A stretch of 64,000 bases of DNA from an uncultured Hyphomicrobiaceae bacterium (GTDB lineage Bacteria > Pseudomonadota > Alphaproteobacteria > Rhizobiales > Rhodomicrobiaceae): positions 2,041 through 66,040 of the forward strand of contig CAZINX010000004.1 of the NCBI GenBank assembly GCA_964540795.1, read 5' to 3'. The notes below the pieces were generated by a model that worked only from the letters and a program-made list of their open reading frames with translations, had not been told where the DNA came from and did no database searches. Below are positions 12,108 to 20,737 of the stretch, piece after piece. The translations under genes were made by a program, and so were the position numbers. Position 1 is the stretch's first letter; every line of letters starts with the position of its first letter.

Positions 12108-13094
12108 GTGGCGGCGCACCATGCCAGCCGCGCCCCGTTCCGGGGCGGTCATCCGTTCCTTGGAGGAGTGCCGTTGAGCGAAACCCGTGCGAAGTCTGTC
12201 TCGAAACGCGATGTTCCGGAATGGCGGGCGCGGCTGCGCACGCTCGTGGAGCATCCGCTCTGGGAACGCACGATCCTTGCGATCATCATCATGAACGCGG
12301 TCACGCTCGGTCTGGAGACCAGCGACAGCGTGATGGCGCGCATGGGCCCGCTGCTGCTCACGCTGGATGCAATCTTTCTGACGATCTTCGTTATCGAGAT
12401 CGCCGCGCGGCTGATCGCCCATGGCGCGCGGTTCTGGCGCGATCCGTGGAGCGTGTTCGACTTCACCGTGGTGGCCGTTGCGCTCATCCCGACGACCGAA
12501 AGCCTCTCCGGCCTGCGTGCGCTGCGCATCCTGCGCGCGTTGCGCCTGATTTCGGCGGTGCCGTCGATGCGCCGGGTCGTGGCCGGGCTGTTCCGCGCGA
12601 TCCCCGGCATGACGGCGGTCGTGGCGCTGCTTGCGCTGATCTTCTACGTGTTCTCCGTCATGGCGACGATGCTCTATGGCGACACCTTCCCGGAGTATTT
12701 CGGGACGATCGGGGAGTCGGCCTATTCGCTGTTCCAGATCATGACGCTGGAAAGCTGGTCGCAGGGCATCGTGCGGCCGGTGCTGGAAGTGCATCCGCTG
12801 GCCTGGCTGTTCTTCATTCCGTTCATCCTGATGACCTCCTTCGCAGTGCTGAACCTGTTCATCGGTATTATCGTGGATTCGATGCAGGAGCAGGCGCGCG
12901 AGCGGCTGGAGGCTCTCCAGGGACAAGGCCAGCAAGATACCGAGGGCCAGCGTCAGGCGTTGGAAGACGAGCATGACTGGCAGGCTGGCGAGTTCCGCAA
13001 GCTCATGGAAGAGCTGAAAAGCGTGCGCGCCGAGGTCGCCTCGCTGCGCGCCGAGCTTGACGCCGCGCGGGGCGACAACAAGCCGAATGGCTGA
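12108..13094 (+). CDS. bacterial voltage-gated sodium channel (NaChBac/BacNaV family ion transport protein)
   Basis: It has six TM segments. The S4 segment has Arg every third residue (LRALRILRALRLISAVPSMRRV). The pore is FQIMTLESWSQGIV (TLESWS at nt 12744-12761). There is a C-terminal coiled coil. The start codon (GTG 12108) is uncertain. Confidence 0.85.
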   Translation: MAAHHASRAPFRGGHPFLGGVPLSETRAKSVSKRDVPEWRARLRTLVEHPLWERTILAIIIMNAVTLGLETSDSVMARMGPLLLTLDAIFLTIFVIEIAARLIAHGARFWRDPWSVFDFTVVAVALIPTTESLSGLRALRILRALRLISAVPSMRRVVAGLFRAIPGMTAVVALLALIFYVFSVMATMLYGDTFPEYFGTIGESAYSLFQIMTLESWSQGIVRPVLEVHPLAWLFFIPFILMTSFAVLNLFIGIIVDSMQEQARERLEALQGQGQQDTEGQRQALEDEHDWQAGEFRKLMEELKSVRAEVASLRAELDAARGDNKPNG

Positions 13095-13146
13095 GATCTG
13101 CAAAGGCCGGTGGCCCAGCGCGCCGGAATCGGCATAAGGTCACGAC

Positions 13147-13941
13147 ATGAAGCAATACCATGACCTCATGCGCCGCGCTCTCGACGAGGGCGTCCGGGTC
13201 CACGACCGGACCGGCGTCGGCACGCTCAGCGTGTTCGGCCACCAGATGCGCTTCGATCTGGACGACGGCTTCCCGCTGGTCACGACGAAGAAGCTGCACC
13301 TGAAGTCGATCATCCACGAGCTGCTCTGGTTTCTGTCCGGCGACACGAACACCGCCTATCTCAAGCGCCACGGCGTCAGCATCTGGGACGAGTGGGCTGA
13401 TGAAAACGGCGATCTCGGCCCGGTTTACGGCTACCAGTGGCGTTCCTGGCCCGCGCGGGACGGCGGTACGATCGACCAGATCGCCGAGGTCGTTGAGGCG
13501 ATCAAGACAAACCCGCATTCGCGCCGGCACATTGTCACAGCCTGGAACCCGGCCGATCTCGACCGCATGGCGCTGCCGCCCTGTCACTGCCTGTTCCAGT
13601 TTCACGTGGCCGCGGGGCGGCTCTCCTGTCAGCTCTATCAGCGCTCGGGCGACATCTTCCTCGGCGTGCCGTTCAACATCGCCTCCTATGCGCTGCTGAC
13701 GATGATGACCGCACAGGTGACGGGCCTGCGCCCCGGCGAATTCATTCACACGCTCGGTGACGCGCACCTGTACCTGAACCATCTGGATCAGGCGCGCGAG
13801 CAGCTCAACCGTGATCCGCGCCCGCTGCCGGCCATGACGTTGAACCCGGAGGTGACCTCGCTGTTCGACTTCACCTATGACGACTTCCGGCTCACGGGCT
13901 ACGACCCGCACCCGCACATCAAGGCGGAGGTCGCGGTCTAG
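13147..13941 (+). CDS. thyA: thymidylate synthase
   Basis: 264 aa, beginning [15 protein letters not shown]. It contains [11 protein letters not shown] and the catalytic [10 protein letters not shown]. Confidence 0.95.
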   Translation: MKQYHDLMRRALDEGVRVHDRTGVGTLSVFGHQMRFDLDDGFPLVTTKKLHLKSIIHELLWFLSGDTNTAYLKRHGVSIWDEWADENGDLGPVYGYQWRSWPARDGGTIDQIAEVVEAIKTNPHSRRHIVTAWNPADLDRMALPPCHCLFQFHVAAGRLSCQLYQRSGDIFLGVPFNIASYALLTMMTAQVTGLRPGEFIHTLGDAHLYLNHLDQAREQLNRDPRPLPAMTLNPEVTSLFDFTYDDFRLTGYDPHPHIKAEVAV

Positions 13942-14471
13942 TGGCGGAGGGCGAGGCCAAAGTGGCGATGATCGTCGCCATGGACGAAAACGGCGTCATC
14001 GGCCGCGAGGGCGCGCTGCCGTGGCGTCTGTCCGCAGACCTCAAGCTGTTCAAGCGTCTGACGATGGGCAAGCCGCTCATTATGGGCCGCAAGACATTCC
14101 AGTCGATCGGCAGGCCGCTGGAGGGTCGCGACAATATCGTCGTCACGCGCAACAAGGGCTTCACGGCGCAGGGCGTAGACGTCGCGCCCTCGCCGAAAGC
14201 GGCGCTGTGGCTGGCGCGCGGGTTTGCGAGGGCGCGCGGCGCAAGCGAGATCATGGTGATCGGCGGGGCGGACATCTTCGAGGCGTTCTTGCCGGAGACG
14301 CAGCGGATCTATCTCACGCGGGTCCATGCGAATGTCGCCGGCGACACATATTTCCCGGCCCTGCCGCCGGAGGAATGGCGTACGACGCTCAGCGAGCATT
14401 ACGGAGCGGGCGCGCGGGACGAGTACGACTTCACCTTCACGATCGTCGATCGGGTCGGTGTGGACGGCTAG
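13941..14471 (+). CDS. folA: dihydrofolate reductase
   Basis: The motif is IVAMDENGVIGREGALPWRLSADLKLFKRLTMGKPLIMGRKTFQSIG. GTG 13941 overlaps the thyA stop. In-frame alternative starts are at 13962 and 13968. Confidence 0.9.
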   Translation: MAEGEAKVAMIVAMDENGVIGREGALPWRLSADLKLFKRLTMGKPLIMGRKTFQSIGRPLEGRDNIVVTRNKGFTAQGVDVAPSPKAALWLARGFARARGASEIMVIGGADIFEAFLPETQRIYLTRVHANVAGDTYFPALPPEEWRTTLSEHYGAGARDEYDFTFTIVDRVGVDG

Positions 14472-15106
14472 GCCGCGCCCGCAAGATTGTGCCGTCCGCC
14501 GCCAGCGGCTTCGAGCGCCTCGCTCGCCGCGGACCAGATTTTCCGGTCATCATCCTGAGCGCGCATATCCATCATCCAGCGCGAGATCAGCGCGCCCAGT
14601 CCGAACAGCAGCACAGCGCCGATGGCCGTAATCATGAACAGCGTGCCACGGTCGAGCGGCAGAGACCCCAATGGCGCGACCTGCCACGCCAGCGCCGCGA
14701 AAAGCGCCGGAACAGTCGATAGCAGCCCGAAGCCGAGCGCGTTCGTCAGACCCGGCTCGCCGCGCAGGCGCGGCAGATTATGCGACAGCCGCGCGACGGC
14801 GCCCGTGGTCTGGTTCACAAGGGCGATGCAGTAGGTGTTGCCCTGCGGCTTGTCCTCTGGCGCGGCCCAGACCACCGTGACCGTGTGACCGTTTTCCAGC
14901 GGGATGCCGGCGTTGCTCAGGCTGACTTCCATGTCCGGCCCGTCCGCCTGCTGCAGCGTGAATTGCACATGCTCGACCACCCGCTCGGCCACGACGACCC
15001 GGCCTTTCGAAGCGATGGGCGTCCCGGATGCGTTGGCGAACGCCTCCATCCAGGATCTGAGATTCTTGACCGTGCCCGTCGCCGCCCAGGCGTGAAATTC
15101 AGCCAT
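14468..15106 (-). CDS. hypothetical membrane-anchored protein (soluble N-domain, two C-terminal TM helices)
   Basis: 212 aa with high GC3 codon usage. TM candidates are GFGLLSTVPALFAALAWQVAPLG and LFMITAIGAVLLFGLGALISRWMM. It lies 44 nt downstream of the MFS gene on the same strand. I recognise no family. Confidence 0.6.
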   Translation of the reverse strand: MAEFHAWAATGTVKNLRSWMEAFANASGTPIASKGRVVVAERVVEHVQFTLQQADGPDMEVSLSNAGIPLENGHTVTVVWAAPEDKPQGNTYCIALVNQTTGAVARLSHNLPRLRGEPGLTNALGFGLLSTVPALFAALAWQVAPLGSLPLDRGTLFMITAIGAVLLFGLGALISRWMMDMRAQDDDRKIWSAASEALEAAGGGRHNLAGAA

Positions 15107-15149
15107 GCCGTCCTTCCCGAACGAAGCGCCGCGGGCCCGTCCACATCGC

Positions 15150-16805
15150 TCAAGACGTCTCCGTCAGCTCGCGCCCGCGCGTGTCGCGCAGGAACAGGCC
15201 GCCGATCACAATGCTCATAACGGCAATGATGATCGGATACCACAGGCCGTAATAGATATTGCCGGTCGCCGCGACCGCCGCCGTCCCGATGAGCGGCAGC
15301 ATACCGCCGAACCAGCCATTGCCGATGTGGTAGGGCACGGAGACCGAGGTGTAGCGGATCTGGGTCGGGAACATCTCGACCAGCAGGGCGGCGATCGGCG
15401 CGTAAACCATCGCCACATAGCCGATCATCACCACGATGATGAACACCGCCAGCGGCAGGTTGATGTCGCGCGGATCGGCCTGTTCGGGGAAGCCTGCAGC
15501 CCGCAATGCCGACAGCACGGCATCGCCATTCGTCTCACGCTGCCAGTTCTCGATGGGGACAGGGTCGCTGTCGCCCACGGTGATCGTCTGCGGCGCGTTT
15601 ACCGGAACGTTGATGATCGCGAAGGATACGCCGCGGTCGGTGAGGAAGTCGCGCGCCCGATCGCAGTCGGTAAAGTTCGACCACGGCCCCACGAAAACAT
15701 GCAGCTGACAGTTATCCGGGTTCGCGCGCAAGCTCACCTCGGTGCGCTCTTGAAACGCCACCAGGTCCGGGTTCACCGCCTGCGCCAGCATCTGGAAGAG
15801 CGGGAAATAGGTCATCGCGGCGAGCAGGCAGCCTGCGAGGATGACCTGCTTGCGGCCGATCCGGTCGGACAGCCAGCCGAAGAACAGGAACAGCGGAATG
15901 CTGATGAGCAGTGCCGAGATCATGATGCCGTAGGCGATCAGGTAATCGACCTTCATCGTGATCTGCAGGAAGAACAGCGCGTAAAACTGGCCCGTGTACC
16001 AGATCACGCCTTGCCCCGCCGCCGCGCCCAGCAGCGCCAGCAGCGCGTTCTTGTTGTTCGGATAGCGCAGGAAAGCGTCGCGGAGCGGGTGCTTGGAGTC
16101 CTGGCCCCGCGACTTGATGTACTGGAACAGCGGTGACTCGCTCAGGCGCAGGCGGATGTAGATCGACAGGATCAGCAGTACAAGCGACAGCAGGAACGGA
16201 ATGCGCCAGCCCCACTCGGCGAAATCCTGTTCATCGATCACGAGCCGGCACGCCAGAATGACGATCAGCGAGAGCAGGAAGCCGCCGCTCGCCGTCGTCT
16301 GGATCAAGCTGGTGACATAGCCGCGATGCTCGCTGACGGTGTGTTCCGCCACATAGGTTGCCGCGCCGCCGTATTCGCCGCCGAGCGCCAGGCCCTGCGT
16401 GATGCGCAGAGTAACAAGCAGCGCCGGGGCGAGCCAGCCGACCTGCTCGAAGGTGGGCAGCAGGCCAATCGCGAAGGTCGCTCCGCCCATGAGCAGGATG
16501 GTGATGAGAAAGACGTATTTGCGCCCGACCGTGTCGCCGAACCGCCCAAACAGTATCGCGCCGAAGGGCCGAACGATGAAGCCTGCCGCATAAGTCGCGA
16601 AGGCCGCCAGCAGGGCCGCCGTCTCATTGCCTGGCGGGAAGAACAGGAAGGCGAAAAACGGGGCGAGCGTTGCATAAAGAAAAAAATCGTACCATTCAAA
16701 CACCGTGCCGACAGACGATGCGAAAGTGACCTTCCGCAATTCTCTCGGACGAATATGAATGATATCCGGGACACCTTGGTGCCGCGTGCGGATGACCTGA
16801 ACCAC
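15150..16805 (-). CDS. MFS transporter, metabolite:H+ symporter (MHS) family, with ~110-aa hydrophilic insert
   Basis: 551 aa. The GTG start is preceded by GGGAGGGG. MHS motifs FEWYDFFLYA and GRFGDTVGRKY are present. The insert spans about residues 342-452 (nt 15450-15782). Confidence 0.85.
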   Translation of the reverse strand: MVQVIRTRHQGVPDIIHIRPRELRKVTFASSVGTVFEWYDFFLYATLAPFFAFLFFPPGNETAALLAAFATYAAGFIVRPFGAILFGRFGDTVGRKYVFLITILLMGGATFAIGLLPTFEQVGWLAPALLVTLRITQGLALGGEYGGAATYVAEHTVSEHRGYVTSLIQTTASGGFLLSLIVILACRLVIDEQDFAEWGWRIPFLLSLVLLILSIYIRLRLSESPLFQYIKSRGQDSKHPLRDAFLRYPNNKNALLALLGAAAGQGVIWYTGQFYALFFLQITMKVDYLIAYGIMISALLISIPLFLFFGWLSDRIGRKQVILAGCLLAAMTYFPLFQMLAQAVNPDLVAFQERTEVSLRANPDNCQLHVFVGPWSNFTDCDRARDFLTDRGVSFAIINVPVNAPQTITVGDSDPVPIENWQRETNGDAVLSALRAAGFPEQADPRDINLPLAVFIIVVMIGYVAMVYAPIAALLVEMFPTQIRYTSVSVPYHIGNGWFGGMLPLIGTAAVAATGNIYYGLWYPIIIAVMSIVIGGLFLRDTRGRELTETS

Positions 16806-16872
16806 GGTCGCCCCTCCCAGAAAATTCTTGTTTTTCCAAGGCGATATTCTGCGGCGGCCGGGATGCCGGTAT

Positions 16873-16897
16873 GTGTTGCATTCCAGCTTTGGAACAC
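16873..16897. promoter_or_regulatory. inverted repeat in the AT-rich MFS promoter region (operator candidate)
   Basis: GTGTTGCA-N9-TGGAACAC, with 7 of 8 arm positions complementary, lies 70-90 nt upstream of the MFS start. Confidence 0.2.
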
Positions 16898-16936
16898 TGA
16901 GGCGTTGTATAGAAATAAATCAAAATTAAGGCTTTG

Positions 16937-16973
16937 GTCTTGGGCGCGAGACATTCAGGCCAGCGCCCAAGAC
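16937..16973 (-). terminator. hairpin terminator candidate after the aminotransferase gene
   Basis: There is a perfect 11-bp stem, GTCTTGGGCGC / GCGCCCAAGAC, with a 15-nt loop. On the minus strand it is followed by CAAAGCCTTAATTTTGATTTATTT. Confidence 0.55.
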
Positions 16974-16991
16974 ACGCCGGCCGCCGCGCGT

Positions 16992-18365
16992 TTAGCGCGG
17001 CAGCGTTTCGTCAACGGCCTGCCTTGTGGCCGCGACGACTTTGTCAACTTCCTCATGCGTGATGCACAGCGGCGGCGCGAAGCCGAGAATGTCGCCCTGC
17101 GGCATCGCCCGCGCGATGACGCCGTGGCGGGCGAGCGCCGCCGTCACCGTTGGACCGACCTTTTTCGCCGGGTCAAAGAAGGTCCGGCTGGCCTTGTCCT
17201 CGACGAACTCGACCGCCGCGAGCAGCCCTTCGCCGCGGACCTCGCCGACATGCGGGTGATCCGCCAGCGCCTCCCTGAGCTGCGCGTTAAAATAGGCGCC
17301 GACCTCGCGCGCGTTCGGCACGAGGGCCATCTTGTCGATCAGCTCCAGATTGGCGACGCCCGCCGCCGCGCAGACGGGATGCGCCGAATAGGTCCAGCTG
17401 TGCCCGAACGGGCCGAACTCGTCGGTGCCGCGCTCCAACACCTCCCAGACCTTGTGCGAGACAATCGAGCCGGACAGCGGGGCATAAGCCGAAGTGAGGC
17501 CCTTGGCGATGGCGATGATGTCCGGCTCCAGACCGTAATGCGCAGAGCCGAACATGGAGCCGAGCCGGCCAAAGCCGGTCACGACCTCGTCTGCGATCAG
17601 CAGAATGTCGTATTTCTTCAGGATCGGCTGGATCGCCTCCCAGTAGCCTGCCGGCGGCGGGACGATCCCGCCGGTGCCGAGCATCGGCTCGCCGATGAAC
17701 GCGGCGATCGTATCGGGCCCCTCGGCGAGGATCAGCTCCTCCAGCTTCTGGGCGCAGTACGCGCTGAACTCTGCCTCGCTCATTCCTGAGTCGGGCCGGC
17801 GCAGATAATACGGGGCTTCGGTGTGCAGCACCCGGTCGAGCGGCAGGTCGAACTTCTTGTGAAACATTTCCAGCCCGGTCAGCGAGCCGGACATCAGACC
17901 CGAGCCATGATAACCGCGCCAGCGGGAGATGATCTTCTTCTTGTCGGGCCGGCCGAGCACGTTGTTGTAGTACCAGACCAGCTTGATGTTGGTCTCGTTC
18001 GCGTCGGAGCCGCCCAGGCCGAAATAGACCTTCGACATGTTCGCGGGCGCGCGCTCCAGGACCATCTTCGCCAGCGTGATCGACGCTTCCGTGCCGTGGC
18101 CGACATAAGCGTGGTAGAAGGCGAGGTCGCGCGCCTGCTGCGCCATCGCCTCGGCGATCTCCTGCCGGCCGTAGCCGACATTGACGCAGTAAAGCCCGGC
18201 GAAGGCGTCCAGCAGCTTGTTGCCGTCGCGGTCCTCGATATAGACGCCGGAGCCGCTCGACACGATCCGGTTGGGGCTGTCGCCGCGGGCGTGCTGGGCG
18301 AGATGAGTCGAGGGATGAAAGAAATAATCCCGATCCCATTGATCCAGCTGGTCATTCTTGAGCAT
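16992..18365 (-). CDS. class-III (omega) PLP aminotransferase
   Basis: The start is ATG 18365 (MLKNDQLDQWDRDYFFHP...). Motifs GLYCVNVGYGR, ADEVVTGFGRLG and the Lys-bearing IAIAKGLTSAY are present. The longer track ORF is an upstream extension. Confidence 0.9.
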   Translation of the reverse strand: MLKNDQLDQWDRDYFFHPSTHLAQHARGDSPNRIVSSGSGVYIEDRDGNKLLDAFAGLYCVNVGYGRQEIAEAMAQQARDLAFYHAYVGHGTEASITLAKMVLERAPANMSKVYFGLGGSDANETNIKLVWYYNNVLGRPDKKKIISRWRGYHGSGLMSGSLTGLEMFHKKFDLPLDRVLHTEAPYYLRRPDSGMSEAEFSAYCAQKLEELILAEGPDTIAAFIGEPMLGTGGIVPPPAGYWEAIQPILKKYDILLIADEVVTGFGRLGSMFGSAHYGLEPDIIAIAKGLTSAYAPLSGSIVSHKVWEVLERGTDEFGPFGHSWTYSAHPVCAAAGVANLELIDKMALVPNAREVGAYFNAQLREALADHPHVGEVRGEGLLAAVEFVEDKASRTFFDPAKKVGPTVTAALARHGVIARAMPQGDILGFAPPLCITHEEVDKVVAATRQAVDETLPR

Positions 18366-18423
18366 GTTTCGTTCCTTCTTCCCCGAGGGCGACCGTTTTG
18401 ATAAAGCGGCATTAAACGCCGGA

Positions 18424-18445
18424 TGCGCGGCGTTTCGCAACCCGC
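18424..18445. promoter_or_regulatory. inverted repeat in the divergent aminotransferase / hydrolase promoter region
   Basis: AAACGCC-N8-GGCGTTT has perfect 7-bp arms and lies in the 110-bp divergent spacer. Confidence 0.2.
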
Positions 18446-18475
18446 CGCCGTGCAGGCCAGCCGGATCGGACAGCC

Positions 18476-19657
18476 ATGAGCGAACCCGTGCTTCCGTTTT
18501 CGCGCGCAGAATACGCAGCCCGCGTCGCAAAGACGCGCGCGGCGATGGAGGCGCGGGGCATCGATTTGCTGGCGGTGTCCGACCCTTCCAACATAGCCTG
18601 GCTGACGGGCTATGACGGCTGGTCGTTCTACACCCATCAATGCGTGCTGCTGAGCCTGGAGGGCGAGCCCGTCTGGTGGGGTCGCGGCATTGATCTGCCC
18701 GGCGCGTGGCGCACCGTGACGATGAGTCATGAAAACATCGTCGGCTATGACGACACCTACGTGCAGAACCCCGAAAAGCACGCGATGGAGGCGCTGGCGG
18801 ATCTGATCCTGGAGCGCGGCTTGGGGCAGGCGGTCATCGGTGTGGAGATGGAGAACTACTACTTCTCTGCCGCCGCCTATCTCACGCTGGTCAAGCACCT
18901 GCCCGACGCGACCTTCCGCGACGCGACCGCGCTGGTGAACTGGCAGCGCGCGGTGAAAAGCGCGGTCGAGATCGAATACATGCGCCGGGCCGCCCGCATC
19001 GTTGAGCGCGTGCATGAGATCATCTTCGAGCGCGCCGAGCCGGGCCTGCCGAAACACGAACTGGTGGCGGACATCTACCATGCGGCGATCCGTGGCGCGG
19101 ACGGCCACTGGGGCGACTACCCGGCCATTGTGCCGATCGTGCCGTCCGGGCTGGACGCCACTGCCGCGCATCTCACCTGGGACGACCGCCCACTGGCCGA
19201 AGGCGAGACCACCTTTTTCGAGATCGCCGGGGTGCATCGCCGCTATCACTGCCCGCAGTCGCGCACGCTTTTCCTCGGCGAGCCGCCGCAGAAATACCGG
19301 GACGCGGAAATCGCCGTGCTCTCGGGCATCGAGGCCGCGCTGGAGGCCGCCAAGCCCGGCAACCGCTGCGAGGATGTGGCGATCGCGTTCAACGAGACGC
19401 TCAACCGTTTCGGCTTCGTGAAGGAAAGCCGCTGCGGCTACCCCATCGGGCTCTCGTATCCGCCGGACTGGGGCGAGCGCACGATGTCGTTCCGCCGCGG
19501 CGACGAGACCGTGCTGGAGCCGGGCATGACTTTCCACTTCATGCCGGCGCTGTGGCTGGATGACGGCGGGCTGGAGATCAGCGAGCCGATCCTGATCACC
19601 GACGACGGGGTGGAGTGCCTCACCGAGACGCCGCGCCGCATGTTCGTGAAGGCATAG
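18476..19657 (+). CDS. M24 (creatinase/Xaa-Pro peptidase fold) hydrolase, ectoine hydrolase DoeA/EutD-like
   Basis: 393 aa. The N-terminus (FSRAEYAARVAKTRAAMEARGIDLLAVSDPSNIAWLTGYDGWSFY) and the M24 core (FFEIAGVHRRYH, GYPIGLSYPP, EPGMTFHF) are present. The DoeA assignment rests on memory of the family plus gene context. Confidence 0.75.
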   Translation: MSEPVLPFSRAEYAARVAKTRAAMEARGIDLLAVSDPSNIAWLTGYDGWSFYTHQCVLLSLEGEPVWWGRGIDLPGAWRTVTMSHENIVGYDDTYVQNPEKHAMEALADLILERGLGQAVIGVEMENYYFSAAAYLTLVKHLPDATFRDATALVNWQRAVKSAVEIEYMRRAARIVERVHEIIFERAEPGLPKHELVADIYHAAIRGADGHWGDYPAIVPIVPSGLDATAAHLTWDDRPLAEGETTFFEIAGVHRRYHCPQSRTLFLGEPPQKYRDAEIAVLSGIEAALEAAKPGNRCEDVAIAFNETLNRFGFVKESRCGYPIGLSYPPDWGERTMSFRRGDETVLEPGMTFHFMPALWLDDGGLEISEPILITDDGVECLTETPRRMFVKA

Positions 19658-19659
19658 CC

Positions 19660-20655
19660 ATGCCGCTGCGCAATCCAATCAGCCCGACGATCCCGTTCGA
19701 TCAGGACGGCGCGCATCACGGCTTCCTGCGTCTCCCGTATAGCCGCGACGACTCCGCCTGGGGGTCTGTGATGATCCCGATCAGCGTGATCCGCAACGGC
19801 GACGGGCCGACCGCGCTGTTCACCGGCGGCAACCACGGCGATGAGTACGAGGGGCCGGTGGCGCTACAACACCTGGCCGCGACGCTCGACCCGGCGACCA
19901 TCACGGGGCGCGTCATTATCGTGCCCGCCTTCAATTACCCGGCGTTTCGCGCGGCAAGCCGCACTTCGCCGATCGACGGCGGCAACCTGAACCGCTGCTG
20001 CCCCGGCCGCCCGGATGGCACTGTGACGGAAAAGATCGCCCACTATGTCTGCACTGAACTCGTGCCGATGGCCGATCTCGTGCTCGACTTTCACTCAGGC
20101 GGCAAGACGCTCGACTTCATCCCGTTCGCGGCAGCGCACATTCTGGAGGACAAGGCGCAGGAGGCCGCCTGCATGGCGGCGATGCGGGCGTTCAACGCGC
20201 CCTACAGTATGCGGATGCTGGAGATCGACAGCGCCGGGATGTTCGATACGGACGTGGAGGCGCAGGGCAAGGCGTTCGTCACCACCGAATTGGGCGGCGG
20301 CGGCACGGCCACGGCGCGCTCCATCGCCATCGCGAAGAAGGGCGCGCGCAACCTCCTGATCCATGCCGGCATCCTGGAGGGTTTGCCGGAAATGGCGTCA
20401 AGCATCGAGATGGACATGCCGGACGGCGACTGCTTCGTCTTCGCCGAGCATGACGGGCTGATCGAGCCGACCGCCGATCTCGGCGATTACGTTCGGCAGG
20501 GCGAGGAGGTCGCGCGCGTCTGGCCAACCGACCGCACCGGCGTGCCGCCCGTCAGGTATGCGGCGAAGCGCGACGGCATCCTCGCCGCGCGGCACTTCCC
20601 CGGTCTCGTCAAGGCGGGCGACTGCATGGCCGTTGTCGCCGAGGTGCTCGGCTGA
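19660..20655 (+). CDS. AstE/AspA-family zinc deacylase, N-acetyl-2,4-diaminobutyrate deacetylase DoeB/EutE-like
   Basis: ATG 19660 lies 3 nt after the previous stop. Motifs GGNHGDEYEGP, NRCCPG and DFHSGG are present. Confidence 0.75.
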   Translation: MPLRNPISPTIPFDQDGAHHGFLRLPYSRDDSAWGSVMIPISVIRNGDGPTALFTGGNHGDEYEGPVALQHLAATLDPATITGRVIIVPAFNYPAFRAASRTSPIDGGNLNRCCPGRPDGTVTEKIAHYVCTELVPMADLVLDFHSGGKTLDFIPFAAAHILEDKAQEAACMAAMRAFNAPYSMRMLEIDSAGMFDTDVEAQGKAFVTTELGGGGTATARSIAIAKKGARNLLIHAGILEGLPEMASSIEMDMPDGDCFVFAEHDGLIEPTADLGDYVRQGEEVARVWPTDRTGVPPVRYAAKRDGILAARHFPGLVKAGDCMAVVAEVLG

Positions 20656-20737
20656 CGCGATCGTCCCAGGCGCGACGAGCGCCGCCAATCCGTGATATTT
20701 TCCGTCGCAACGGTGCCGCGAATTTTTGGAGAGCCGC

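Noticed and set aside
11304-13103. A 599-aa ORF suggests a large fusion protein ending in the amidotransferase domain.
   Set aside because: Everything upstream of about 12122 is antisense to the well-supported sodium-channel gene and is His/Arg/Asp/Gln-rich nonsense. The amidotransferase has plausible starts at 12023 (GTG with AGGAG) or 12122.
17894-19678. Other long shadow ORFs in the track, for example 17894-19678 (594 aa), 22491-24314 (607 aa), 41957-43615 (552 aa), 47493-49295 (600 aa), 59833-62001 (722 aa), 16326-17789 and 15105-16136.
   Set aside because: Each lies opposite or out of frame to a gene with clear family motifs. Their products are Arg/Gly/Ala/Pro-rich without motifs. This is a high-GC artefact.
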